From positions 103,540,001 to 103,604,000 of the forward strand of contig OZ024744.1 in assembly GCA_964016885.1 (NCBI GenBank): a DNA stretch of 64,000 nucleotides. The letters are read 5' to 3'. Under the pieces are notes generated by a model. That model saw nothing but the letters and a program-made list of their open reading frames with translations. It was not told where the DNA came from and searched no databases. This DNA is from Eledone cirrhosa (Eukaryota). Both the position numbers and the translations under genes were made by a program. Shown here piece by piece: positions 11,709-24,556 of the stretch. The number at the start of each line of letters is the position of its first letter. Position 1 is the first letter of the stretch.

Positions 11709-11778
11709 CCTCATTACCAGAGGTTTCCCGAATGAGGCGAATACGAAAGAAACGTCTTCATTCGTTCGTCAGACGAGG
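11709..11778 (-). ncRNA. Inverted copy of the 9761-9830 hammerhead candidate
   Basis: Reverse complement of 9761-9830 with shared flanks. Confidence 0.6.
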
Positions 11779-11898
11779 CAATACATTTATATATATATAT
11801 ATATATACATGTAAAGTTATATTTAAAATTGTTGGGTTACAACTAGTAAATATTTATAACTGATATAAAAGCACTCGACAAATACTTGGAGTATATTT

Positions 11899-12268
11899 AC
11901 AATATTAAATAAATGGAAAACTATATTTATAAAACCATATTTATTTCATTATATATATTTCGGGGATATCATATTAACAATATGCTATGCCTTCATCAGA
12001 CAAAATACAATATAAACAGTTTTATAGATAAATATATTCGACATACCGTAATAAACATCAACTTCATTTGAAGAGGTTCACTCTGCTAGAGTGAACCTCT
12101 TCAAATGAAGTTGATGTTTATTACGGTATGTCGAATATATTTATCTATAAAACTGTTTATATTGTATTTTGTCTGATGAAGGCATAGCATATTGTTAATA
12201 TGATATCCCCGAAATATATATAATGAAATAAATATGGTTTTATAAATATAGTTTTCCATTTATTTAAT

Positions 12269-12273
<5 letters not shown>
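11899..12273. repeat. Long perfect palindrome (186-bp arms, 3-nt loop), same family as 10853-11217
   Basis: Arms 11899-12084 and 12088-12273. Confidence 0.9.
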
Positions 12274-12326
<53 letters not shown>

Positions 12327-12553
12327 CACACATATTCACATACACATATATACCTACACACACATATATACATACACATACGTACATGCACACACACACA
12401 CATATACATATATAATTCAATATATATATATATATGTAGGAGGTGAGTTTTATTGTAGTACAATAAAGCAATGCAGATATCGGATAAGAAGCACTCTACA
12501 ATTTGTAGGACTGGAGTATACATAATATATAAGAACAAAAGATGGTTAAAAGA

Positions 12554-12862
12554 GTGCTTTCATCAGACAAAATATAATATAGATCAGTTTTATAAATAAA
12601 TATTGACATACCCTTAAAAAATGCAACCATTACTGTTGGAAGCTCCCGGATATAAAACTGATCTATATTATATTTTGTCTGATGAAAGCACACCATAATT
12701 TAACTTGGTGTCCTTGAAATATGTATAATGAAATAAATATGGTTTTATAAATATAGTTTCCATTTGTTAATATCGTATGTTTACTCCAAATATTTGTTGA
12801 GTGCTTTATATCAGTTATAAAAATATTTGCTTGTTGTATCCCAACAATTTAAATAGAACTTT

Positions 12863-12865
<3 letters not shown>
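12554..12865 (+). repeat. Third, diverged copy of the hammerhead-bearing repeat with a ~40-bp inverted arm
   Basis: CTGATGA-AAGCACACCA..TGGTGTCCTT-GAAA-TATGTATA at about 12679-12728; inverted arm 12554-12593. Confidence 0.7.
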
Positions 12866-12939
<74 letters not shown>

Positions 12940-13035
12940 CTACTTTTATAACTACTTTTCCCATCTTGACGTTATAGTCGCATATATGTTATAGAATGCC
13001 GTTAGCTTCTTGCTAAAACAATCTCTATACCTCTC

Positions 13036-13100
<65 letters not shown>

Positions 13101-13136
13101 AAAGTTCTATTAAATTGTTGGGATACAACAAGCAAA

Positions 13137-13191
<55 letters not shown>

Positions 13192-13481
13192 TAGTGAGGG
13201 AGAAGAAGTGGGCAGCAGGATTATATGCCAGGGCCCAGTCAATCTGGAGGTTAAAAGCTCCATTTCAGTAACATGTCCAAACCTTGAAGGGAATATTTAT
13301 GTTATAGAATAAGAAAGTATATATATTAGGTGGAGGGGGGAGACGCTAATAAAAAGACGCCAAGCAATTCAAAGTTGAAAATCACTAGGAACGCCGTAGC
13401 CATTAAAACATAGATTTCAATTATTTCTTCTCGTTCTACACGTCGAATGAGTTTTTCTGTCTAAACACTTGTTTTTCCATT

Positions 13482-13617
13482 ATGAATGAGGAAGAAGATG
13501 AGGATAAGACCTGTCGATCAAGTTTGTATTCACTATTACTACGTTTTGCTGAATTCTGCGTCAGTTGCATTGAGCCTGAAATGTTATCTGAGAGTGAATA
13601 TATTGATTCATTGCAAG
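13482..13617 (+). CDS. Candidate first coding exon of an unidentified host gene
   Basis: Unique sequence. ATG-initiated MNEEEDEDKTCRSSLYSLLLRFAEFCVSCIEPEMLSESEYIDSLQ ends at a perfect AG|GTAAGT donor (phase 1). Confidence 0.55.
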
Positions 13618-13689
13618 GTAAGTTATAACGAAACTATTTTGTAATTTTTAAATAACACACTAACGAAATATAATTTTATTTCTTAAAGA

Positions 13690-15930
13690 TGTATAAATAA
13701 CATTACAATTGCTCACAATTCTTTCAGGATGAAAATATAGACACATATAATATATATAATTAACTATAGCCAGGAACCTCACAAATATTTCGCACCAAAA
13801 TATACGATCAAAGCGAGAGAAAGAAAAAAGGAAAACGAAATGAAAAACTACCATCAATTCACCAAGTACGACTTCACAAGGGTCAACGGAATATTTTGAG
13901 GCAAGCCAAGACACTGGCAGCATTACTGCGGGTGATGGCGAGGCTAAGAAACCGAGACAACCAGGCACTCTGACGGGAATCACCTGATACCTCAGTAAGG
14001 TGATAGCAGGGTTAAGGTGCTGAAACAAACAAGCACCCTCACGGGAATTAACTGATACCACGGTAAGGCCGGTTGATGGCGAGGCTAAGGCACTGAAACA
14101 ACCAGACACCTTCACAGGCATCACCTGATACCTTGGTAAGGCCAGGTGATGGCGAGGCTAAGACACTGTAACAACCAAGCACCCTCACGGGAGTCAACTG
14201 ATACCTCGGTAAGGTGATGGCAGGGTTAAGGTGCTGAAACAACCAGACACCCTCACGGGAATCAACTGATACCTCGATAAGGTGATGGCAGGGTTAAGGT
14301 GCTGAAACAACCAGACACCCTCACGGGCATCACCTGATACCTTGGTAAGGCCAGGTGATGGCGAGGCTAAGACACTGTAACAACCAAGCACCCTCACGGG
14401 AGTCAACTGATACCTCGGTAAGGTGATGGCAGGGTTAAGGTGCTGAAACAACCAAGCACCCTCACGGGAATCAACTGATACCTCGGTAAGGTGATGGCAG
14501 GGTTAAGGTGCAGAAACAACCAAGCACCCTCACGGGAATCAACTGATACCTCGGTAAGGTGATGGCAGGGTTAAGGTGCAGAAACAACCAGACACCCTCA
14601 CGGGCATCACCTGATACCTCGGTAAGGTGATGGCAGGGTTAAGGTGCTGATACAACCAGACACCTTCACGGGAATCACCTGATACCTTGGTAAGGCCAGG
14701 TGATGGCGAGGCTAAGACACTGTAACAACCAAGCACCCTCACGGGAGTCAACTGATACCTCGGTAAGGTGATGGCAGGGTTAAGGTGCTGAAACAACCAG
14801 ACACCCTCACGGGAATCAACTGATACCTCGGTAAGGTGATGGCAGGGTTAAGGTGCAGAAACAACCAGACACCCTCACGGGCATCACCTGATACCTCGGT
14901 ATGGTGATGGCAGGGTTAAGGTGCTGATACAACCAGACACCCTCACGGGCATCACCTGATACCTCGGTAAGGTGATGGCAGGGTTAAGGTGCTGATACAA
15001 CCAGACACCTTCACGGGAATCACCTGATACCTCGGTAAGGTGATGGCAGGGTTAAGGTGCTGATACAACCAGACACCCTCACGGGAATCAACTGATACCT
15101 CGGTAAGGTGATGGCAGGGTTAAGGTGCTGAAACAACCAGACACCCTCACGGGAATCAACTGATACCTCGGTAAGGTGATGGCAGGGTTAAGGTGCAGAA
15201 ACAACCAGACACCCTCACGGGAGTCAACTGATACCTCGGTAAGGTGATGGCAGGGTTAAGGTGCAGAAACAACCAAGCACCCTCACGGGAATCAACTGAT
15301 ACCTCGGTAAGGTGATGGCAGGGTTAAGGTGCTGAAACAACCAAGCACCCTCACGGGAATCAACTGATACCTCGGTAAGGTGATGGCAGGGTTAAGGTGC
15401 AGAAACAACCAAGCACCCTCACGGGAATCAACTGATACCTCGATAAGGTGATGGCAGGGTTAAGGTGCTGAAACAACCAGACACCCTCACGGGAATCAAC
15501 TGATACCTCGGTAAGGTGATGGCAGGGTTAAGGTGCTGAAACAACCAAGCACCCTCACGGGAATCAACTGATACCTCGGTAAGGTGATGGCAGGGTTAAG
15601 GTGCTGAAACAACCAGACACCTTCACGGGAATCAACTGATACCTCGGTAAGGTGATGGCAGGGTTAAGGTGCTGATACAACCAGACACCCTCACGGGAAT
15701 CAACTGATACCTCGGTAAGGTGATGGCAGGGTTAAGGTGCAGATACAACCAGACACCCTCACGGGAGTCAACTGATACCTCGGTAAAGCGAGCCACCAAC
15801 GATGACAAGAACTTTCCTGTTAGCTGCTCAATTCTACCAAACGTCTCGACCACCACAGTCTGGAAAAAATAATTGTTTGATAGTTCCCAGTATTTTCGGG
15901 TTTTATTCCGTTCAGTATCGGAAGCCATAT
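13690..15930 (-). mobile_element. 3' end of a CRE-clade non-LTR element (RLE C-terminus plus 3' UTR) with internal minisatellite expansion
   Basis: KYWELSNNYFFQTVVVETFG...SREGVWL matches 24190-24360; 3' UTR resembles 24365-24550. Confidence 0.8.
13930..15785. repeat. 68-bp minisatellite (~27 copies, with 73-bp variant units)
   Basis: Unit GGGAATCAACTGATACCTCGGTAAGGTGATGGCAGGGTTAAGGTGCTGAAACAACCAGACACCCTCAC. Confidence 0.95.
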
Positions 15931-15944
15931 ATATCTATATCTAT

Positions 15945-16072
15945 AAATAATTGTTTCTACTTTTGGCACAAGGCCAGCAATTATCGCAGTACATTACTGG
16001 TACTTTATTTTATCGACCCCGTAAGGATGAAAGGCAGAGTGAACCTCGACGGGATTTGAACTCAGAACGTAT
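15945..16072 (-). mobile_element. SINE fragment
   Basis: B-box-like GAGTTCAAATCCC; related copies at 20210-20335 and 34610-34670. Confidence 0.7.
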
Positions 16073-16379
16073 AAAAGAGAAATGTTTGTTGGTGTCTTCG
16101 TGCATCACACAAAAACGAAAACTGACAATCGAAAAGTAAGTACTGCACTAAAATAAGGTTATACTCATTTTATAACATCAAAGAAGAAGAAAAACATCCC
16201 TGGTATGTTAACCAACTCAACTGCCATTTCTAGCAGACTGAGAGACAACCATAAGTGATTCTCTCTGCGTTAGAGATGTTCGTGTTTCATGGTCAACGTC
16301 TCCGTGAGTTCAAATACTGGTTTACATTTATATATATAAGAGACATGGATGTGGTCCAGGCCCTTAGAGTGTAAGAAGT

Positions 16380-16660
16380 TAAGAGGTGAGTTTCTTCTCT
16401 GAAGACCTGTTGTCCAGTGTTCCTGAGAGTTTTTCACCACTGATATAAAAGATTGAAACTGCCATCATCTTTTTGAGAAACCTTGACCCGCCACGTCTAT
16501 GTAACGTCACACGCTTAACAGTCTGGCGGATGATGAACCATCTCCTAAAGGTCCTTGGAGGCAATCATCAAGGAGAAAATGAATTTATTCCAAGAATCTT
16601 CTCATCCCTTTCTCTACCAAGCTGCCTTTCAAATTCTCTGTTAGAGCCAGTTTTGCTATG
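16380..16660 (+). pseudogene. Helitron Pif1-helicase fragment
   Basis: IIFLRNLDPPRLCNVTRL...GENEFIPRI. Confidence 0.8.
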
Positions 16661-17589
16661 ACTATAAATACAATTCGGGGTCTGTCTCATAGTTGTAGGA
16701 TTGAATCACTTTTTACCCATGGACAGTTATATGTAGGTTGTTTACTTTTGGGAATACCTAAAAATATTCATATACTATGCATGAACGATAAAACGAAGAA
16801 TATGGTGTATCTGGAAGATTTTTGACTGTTTTATTTTGTCAAACGTACACACCATAGTCTCGCCTCATACTGTAAACCAGACAGCACATCCAATAGTTAT
16901 TTTCTTTTCTACGTGTCTTCTCTTAACTGTTTACCCGGACAAATCTGGGTACCTCAGCTAGTATATAAAAGAAAGTTGTCTCTCTGGCTTCAGAAATTAG
17001 ACAACACCAACAACACTGCATATCCACTAAATCACTCGACAAGTAGTGGTAAAAATTGTTTTGCTTTACAAAGCAAGCAATATATTTAAATTGAAGGTAA
17101 ATGGTGGCGGACTGGGACCCTAACCCTAACGCTCGGTTATTCAATTTGAAATCACTTTTATTTTTAATTATATGAGTATCAGAATGGCTTCGTGTCAAAT
17201 AAGGGATTTGGCTTTTTTAATGCTTTTTCTTTTAAAAATATTCTCCTTCTGAAACGTGAAATACAATTCCCAGCGAGTTTCGTGGTCAGATTTATTGCAA
17301 GCACACAAAAACATTTCTATCCAAGACAGATGATTAGGTAAAGATTTATCAAATTAAATTCTACATAATTTTAAACGGGTAACAGCCTAATGTATATAAA
17401 GAATTTAAATGTTGGGTTTTATTCAAACATTGTAAATATAAGATGTTTTGTTATTTCATACCAGGTACTTTTTAGCGTTGGTTAACAGTCGGAGTTTAAA
17501 AAAGCATAGAGAGGTCATTTTAGAAACTGAATAAATAGATTTTAGGGTAAATCTTTCTTTTCCTCTCCTAAATATGAGATTTGGAAGAT

Positions 17590-20100
17590 AGAAAGTAAAT
17601 AGTGTGGTATACAGTTTATATTTGAAAGGTAGAAAGTATATAGTGTGGTATACAGTTTATATTTGAAAGGTAGAAAGTATATAGTGTGGTATATAGTTTA
17701 TATTTGAAAGGTAGAAAGTAAATAGTGTGGTATACAGTTTATATTTAAAAGGTAGAAAGTATATAGTGGGGTATATAGTTTATATTTAAAAGGTAGAAAG
17801 TATATAGTGGGGTATATAGTTTATATTTGAAAGGTAGAAAGTATATAGTGTGGTATATAGTATATATTTGAAAGGTAGAAAGTATATAGTGGGGTATATA
17901 GTTTATATTTGAAAGGTAGAAAGTATATAGTGTGGTATATAGTTTATATTTGAAAGGTAGAAAGTAAATAGTGGGGTATATAGTTTATATTTGAAAGGTA
18001 GAAAGTAAATAGTGTGGTATACAGTTTATATTTAAAAGGTAGAAAGTATATAGTGGGGTATATAGTTTATATTTGAAAGGTAGAAAGTAAATAGTGTGGT
18101 ATATAGTTTATATTTAAAAGGTAGAAAGTAAATAGTGTGGTATATAGTTTATATTTGAAAGGGAGAAAGTATATAGTGTGGTATACAGTTTATATTTGAA
18201 AGGTAGAAAGTATATAGTGTTGTATATAGTATATATTTGAAAGGTAGAAAGTATATAGTGGGGTATATAGTTTATACTTAAAAGGTAGAAAGTAAATAGT
18301 GGGGTATATAGTTTATATTTGAAAGGTAGAAAGTATATAGTGTGGTATATAGTTTATATTTGAAAGGTAGAAAGTATATAGTGTGGTATATAGTTTATAT
18401 TTGAAAGGGAGAAAGTATATAGTGTGGTATATAGTTTATATTTAAAAGGTAGAAAGTATATAGTGTGGTATATAGTTTATATTTGAAAGGTAGAAAGTAT
18501 ATAGTGTGGTATATAGTTTATATTTGAAAGGTAGAAAGTATATAGTGTGGTATATAGTATATATTTGAAAGGTAGAAAGTAAATAGTGTTGTATATAGTT
18601 TATATTTGAAAGGGAGAAAGTATATAGTGTGGTATATAGTATATATTTGAAAGGTATAAAGTAAATAGTGTGGTATATAGTTTATATTTGAAAGGTAGAA
18701 AGTAAATAGTGTGGTATATAGTATATATTTGAAAGGTAGAAAGTAAATAGTGTTGTATATAGTTTATATTTGAAAGGTAGAAAGTAAATAGTGTGGTATA
18801 TAGTATATATTTGAAAGGTAGAAAGTAAATAGTGGGGTATATAGTATATATTTGAAAGGTAGAAAGTATATAGTGGGGTATATAGTATATATTTGAAAGG
18901 TAGAAAGTATATAGTGTTGTATATAGTTTATATTTGAAAGGTAGAAAGTATATAGTGGGGTATACAGTTTATATTTAAAAGGTAGAAAGTATATAGTGTT
19001 GTATATAGTATATATTTGAAAGGTAAAACGTATATAGTATTGTACATAGTATATATTTGAAAGGTAGAAAGTATATAGTGGGGTATATAGTTTATATTTA
19101 AAAGGTAGAAAGTATATAGTGTGGTATATAGTTTATATTTAAAAGGTAGAAAGTAAATAGTGGGGTATATAGTTTATATTTAAAAGGTAGAAAGTATATA
19201 GTGTGGTATATAGTATATATTTGAAAGGTAGAAAGTAAATAGTGTGGTATATAGTATATATTTGAAAGGTAGAAAGTATATAGTGTTGTATATAGTATAT
19301 ATTTGAAAGGTAGAAAGTAAATAGTGTGGTATATAGTTTATATTTGAAAGGTAGAAAGTATATAGTGGGGTATATAGTATATATTTGAAAGGTAGAAAGT
19401 ATATAGTGGGGTATATAGTTTATATTTGAAAGGGAGAAAGTATATAGTGTGGTATATAGTATATATTTGAAAGGTAGAAAGTAAATAGTGTGGTATATAG
19501 TTTATATTTGAAAGGTAGAAAGTATATAGTGGGGTATATAGTTTATATTTAAAAGGTAGAAAGTAAATAGTGGGGTATATAGTTTATATTTGAAAGGTAG
19601 AAAGTATATAGTGTTGTATATAGTATATATTTGAAAGGTAGAAAGTATATAGTGGGGTATACAGTTTATATTTGAAAGGTAGAAAGTATATAGTGGGGTA
19701 TATAGTTTATATTTGAAAGGTAGAAAGTATATAGTGGGGTATATAGTTTATATTTAAAAGGTAGAAAGTAAATAGTGGGGTATACAGTTTATATTTGAAA
19801 GGTAGAAAGTAAATAGTGTGGTATATAGTATATATTTGAAAGGTAGAAAGTAAATAGTGGGGTATATAGTTTATATTTGAAAGGTAGAAAGTATATAGTG
19901 TGGTATATAGTATATATTTGAAAGGTAGAAAGTATATAGTGGGGTATATAGTTTATATTTGAAAGGTAGAAAGTATATAGTGGGGTATATAGTTTATATT
20001 TGAAAGGTAGAAAGTATATAGTGTGGTATATAGTATATATTTGAAAGGTAGAAAGTATATAGTGGGGTATATAGTATATATTTGAAAGGTAGAAAGTATA
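17590..20100. repeat. 41-bp minisatellite (~61 copies)
   Basis: Unit AGAAAGTATATAGTGTGGTATATAGTTTATATTTGAAAGGT. Confidence 0.97.
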
Positions 20101-20209
20101 AAGTATGGTATGTTCTCTGCTAGAGTCAGCAACAACACACAACCACGTGTTGCTACACAAGGGAAAAAAACCAATAGAGATATGTCCATTTATATCTAAA
20201 TATCGTCCC

Positions 20210-20335
20210 TTTACGGTCTGAGTTCAAATCCCGCCGAGGTTCACTTTGGCTTTCATCCTTACGGGGTCGATAAAATAGAATACCAGTAATGTACTGGTTT
20301 ATTGCTGGCCTTGTGCCAAAACTAGAAACAGTTAT
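20210..20335 (+). mobile_element. SINE fragment
   Basis: Inverse of 15945-16072. Confidence 0.7.
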
Positions 20336-21299
20336 ATGATGTCCCTCTGTGTTTAATTAGAAATACATGTTCATTAATATATGTATCTGTATATATACAT
20401 ATATGCATGTGTGTGTACTTTCTTGTGATTGGAAACATTTTCTGGACCTACAAATTGAACACCAAACGAGGTAAACATTTTCAACTTGTCCGTTTTTTCG
20501 CATGAGTGTGTGCTTTGTCTGAGACAACTTGAAAGTATTCTTCAAAGAACTGGATTTTACCATTCAGTTGGATCACTTAACTCGCAGGGACATTCGAACG
20601 GATTTTACCATTTACAATCTACGGAGAGGAATAATAGATCTTAAGAAGAAAAATTAAAAATTTAAAAGGATTGGTTGTGGCTACAACGCATGGAACCAAC
20701 CTGGAGCAATTGTATCACACAAGCATACATTCCTCCTTAACGTACACTTACAATTTTTCAAAAACAAACTCCCCAAAAATAAATAAAAATAAATGATTAT
20801 AAATGGCGAGGAACCGCCACTAGCTTCACAAGAAGAGATTACACATGGCACCATCCCATCTCCCTCTTGAAATAACCTGAATCTATTTATAGACAGGTGT
20901 GACTGAAAGGTCAATCCATACTTCCATTCTAGTTCACAGAATTAGAAGCTTTGACCACTTGATAGAATTCAAGACCAGTAATGTAATCACTCTGTAACTG
21001 TAAACATCTTGTATCACTATCATTCAGGATTTGATTTTACTGAAGTCTTGCCCATGTGTTTTTTTTACACAAACTCACAATTTCAGTTTTTACTGCGGAT
21101 TTACCCATGCGAAATATTACACAAACTCACAGCCTTAGATTTTGTACTTCTAGCGTTTTTATTTTCCTTCTCTTTGCATGTTCAGTGCTCTTTATCTTCC
21201 ACTGTATTTCCTGCCTCTCACATGACCACACTCCTCTCCACGCACTCATAATCTTCTCCTCCCCACGTACTCATAATCTTCTCCCTTCTCCACTTTCTA

Positions 21300-24200
21300 C
21301 CCCTCCTCTTGCTCACCCCTTACTTTGTCCTCGCGCACAGCCCACCTATGTATTCGTTCAACCCGTCGGTGGCCTGATGTTTCGATCCATGTATCACCGG
21401 CGATTGCCGATTGATAAAGTTGCCACCACTTTAACCTAATCCACTCTAGGTGGCGGAGGCATGCGTCGATCAACCAAGAAACATGCTTAGTGTAATGACT
21501 TTGTTACAACAGGTCAGCCTTCGATCTCTCATTCCCCACCAACTTCAGCACTCACGAGAGGAGCTAACTTGTCTCCACCTGCTCCCTCCACCTCTTCACC
21601 GCAGATTCCAAGCAAATTCAACCCAGCCAACCCCACCACCCCTACAACTGTTAGCCCACCACCCAACCTCCGCTCTTGTCCCACTGTTAGAACCACTGCT
21701 GCCTCTCTTACTAACTCACTCCCTCCACCGAATTCCAACGCTGGCCCTCTACTGCCGGCTGCAGCCAGCCCACCACCTGACTGTGCTCTCTGCCCGCACT
21801 AGCCGGTACTTAAAGACAATCAAATGTCACCTATGCCACGCAAGCTACCACAGAAGCTGTGTCGGCATCACCAAAGTTCAAGCTGAAAGGCTTCAATACT
21901 GGACCTGTAATCGGTGCCACTTCAGCTCCAACATATTCTGTGGGGATGCCCCACGCTTTGATGACCAACTCTCTACCGAGGACTTTGCCACAGCCCTCCA
22001 GGGTTTCTCCAAATCTAAGCGCATCAACCGGATCCCTAAGGGAGCTCAGAATAGCTTTGCACGTGCCCTCTCTAATTTATTGATAAACGTTTGCTCATCC
22101 AACAATAGGTCTGACTGGCAGAAATTGTTTTTGTTTCCTCTCATTTCTCTTCATGTGCACAATGCGAATTCGGGTTCCCTCACGTCCTCTCTCAAGCGGC
22201 AGTTCCAGCTGTTTGAGTCGACCCCAACCACGTCTCACATCAGTTCAACATCGAGCCCGGTGTTCCCAACGCTCAAGTGAGCGATCAATGCCAAATTCAG
22301 CAAATTTGACATTAAAGGGGCTGTCCGTCTCCTCTTTTCTCTGTCCTCCCTCGCTCTGTGCAACTCTGACTCTCTTGAGCGACTGAAAGAGAAGCACCCA
22401 TCAGCACACCCAGATGATCAGCTACACCGGCCCGAACCACCAGAATACTCAAGACCGGTTTACACCACCGATATCATGAGAAAGGCGATTTCATCCTTCC
22501 CCGCTGGGTCAGGTGCAGGAATTGACGGCCTTCGTCCTCAACACCTCAAGGATGGTATCTCCTTATCGGACTTGAGCTCTTTGAGAGTCTGACTCAGTTT
22601 GTGAATCAGTTCTCTTCACTGAATGTTCTCCCGTTCATCCGCCCACTGTTCTTTGGTTCGAAGCTATTTGGTCTCACCAAGCCCAACAGAGACCTGCACC
22701 CCATTACGGTTGGCTGCACCATTCGCCTCCTCACTGCAAAGGCATATTTGCTGTTGGTCTCCGACTCACTAGCAGAGGAATTTTCCCCCATCCAGCTGGG
22801 GGTGGGTACCAAGTTGGGATGTGAGGCTGTTGTCCACGCTACCAGAGCCTTTACCAACTTGCTCTCCATGTCCCTCAAGGTCATCCTTAAACTTGACCTG
22901 AGGAATGCTTTCAACTCCGTCAGCCGCTTGGCAGGCTTATTGGTAGCCCTCCTACCTCTCTTTCGGTGACCAAATCATCACCTCTGCCTCAGGAGTCCAA
23001 CAGGGTGACACACTTGGGGCCGCTCTGTTTGCACTGGGCATTGACGACGTCACCAAGAGGGGGGGGGTTGAGTTGGACCTCAATGTCTGGTACCTTGACG
23101 ACGCTTGTTTGGGGGGAACTCCGGATATGGTTCTCGCCACTGCCAACAAAATGGTGGAGGAGCTTGGCCGCCGGGGTCTCCAGGTCAATAGCTCCAAATG
23201 TGAGCTCTGGATCCTCAACCTCCCGGCTTCCCAACACCAACAGCTAATTGACCTGTTTGCAGAGTCCTTCCCTTCCATCGCGGTCCCTCCCCCGTCGGCT
23301 TGGTGCTTCTTAGGAGCCCCGATCACAGACTTTGCCTTCGAGTCAATCTTCCAATCGTTGACCTTGAGCAGCTGCTGAAGAATATTGAAGTTATCGAACC
23401 CCATCAAGGTTTCTTCATATTCAGGAACTACCTGTCTATTCCTAAGCTCCTGTATCTGCTCACGGACAGTCCCATGATCAGACTGCGTTGCCCAAGCGAT
23501 TTGGGGGTCTTGGTCTCCGTAAGTGTTCGTCACTCTTTCTCTCCTGCTTCGTTTCCTCCACCCACCTAACGGAGTTGGGTGAAGTTCTCCAGCAATGGAG
23601 TGAGTTGGGCTTGTTTCTTCATGAGAAGGTGGAGGACAGTCGAAGACAGAGCTTGGTACAGCATAAGTTAGAAGGTCACCTTCGACTCCCTCTTCGTCCA
23701 GTCGGATCAGTTTGCAAGGTGCCGCTTACTATCTGCCAGCGCCAAATACTCAGGTGACTGGGTTGATGCCCTACCCGTGGCTAACGTTAGGAGCCTACTC
23801 AGCCTGGACGAACTTCATGTCTCCATTGCCCTCAGAGTGGGAGCTGACGTCTGCATGGGTTTGAGGTGCCGATGCGGCAAACTCCTCAACTCCACAGGAC
23901 CTCACAGTCTTTCTTGCTGCCTAAATGCTGGCTGCTTCGCGCGTCACATGGACCTAAACCTCATTCTCAAGAGAGCTTTGGCCCTGGAAAATATCCCCTC
24001 AACCTTAGAACCATCTGGGTTGTCTAGAAGTGACGGCAAAAGACATGACGGCCTTACCCTGTGCCCCTCGTAGAGAGGCAGGTGCCTTGTCTGGGACGTC
24101 ACTGTTACGTGACATGACTCTTTTGCTTCTTCCCACATCCTGGATGTTGCGGTGAGGACGAGAGCCACAGCTTCCGCAGCCGAGCGGAGTAAGATTCTCA

Positions 24201-24555
24201 AATACTGTGATCTGTCGACCAGCTACATTTTCCAGGCTGTTGCTTTCGAGACGTTTTGGGGAGTTGGGCCGCTGACTGCGAGGTTCCTTTCCTCACTGGC
24301 GGCTCGCCTAATAGAGGTGACTGGCGAATCTCGCGAGGGCACTTGGTTGTTCCAGGGCGAGTATGCTGGCTTGCCTCAAAAATCATTAGAGAGGTTGCCC
24401 GGTACTCCTCGCGACGTTGCTGTCTTTTGCTCTGGTGTTGGCTCCGTTATTCATCCCTTCCTTTACATTTTCTTTAATATTGTAACATTAAAAGAATATA
24501 TCTTTCTGAATGAATCGCGAGCTATTTATAATGTTGTCTAAGCATTTGTAATATT
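21300..24555 (+). mobile_element. CRE-clade non-LTR retrotransposon, near full length, frameshifted (PHD, RT, CCHC, RLE)
   Basis: IKCHLCHASYHRSC..WTCNRC; QLGVG, KLDLRNAFNSV, GVQQG, WYLDD; CRCGK..GPHSLSC..RH; KRHDG, WDVTV, AVAFETF. Confidence 0.85.
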
Positions 24556-24556
24556 A

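Noticed and set aside
8899-13312. Many YI/CV/HT-repeat ORFs
   Set aside because: Artefacts of (TA)n and (TG)n microsatellites.
17119-17129. CCCTAACCCTAA telomere-like motif
   Set aside because: Only two units; compatible with chance.
13930-20100. CRISPR-like interpretation of the two arrays
   Set aside because: Contiguous tandem units without unique spacers, no cas genes, eukaryotic context.
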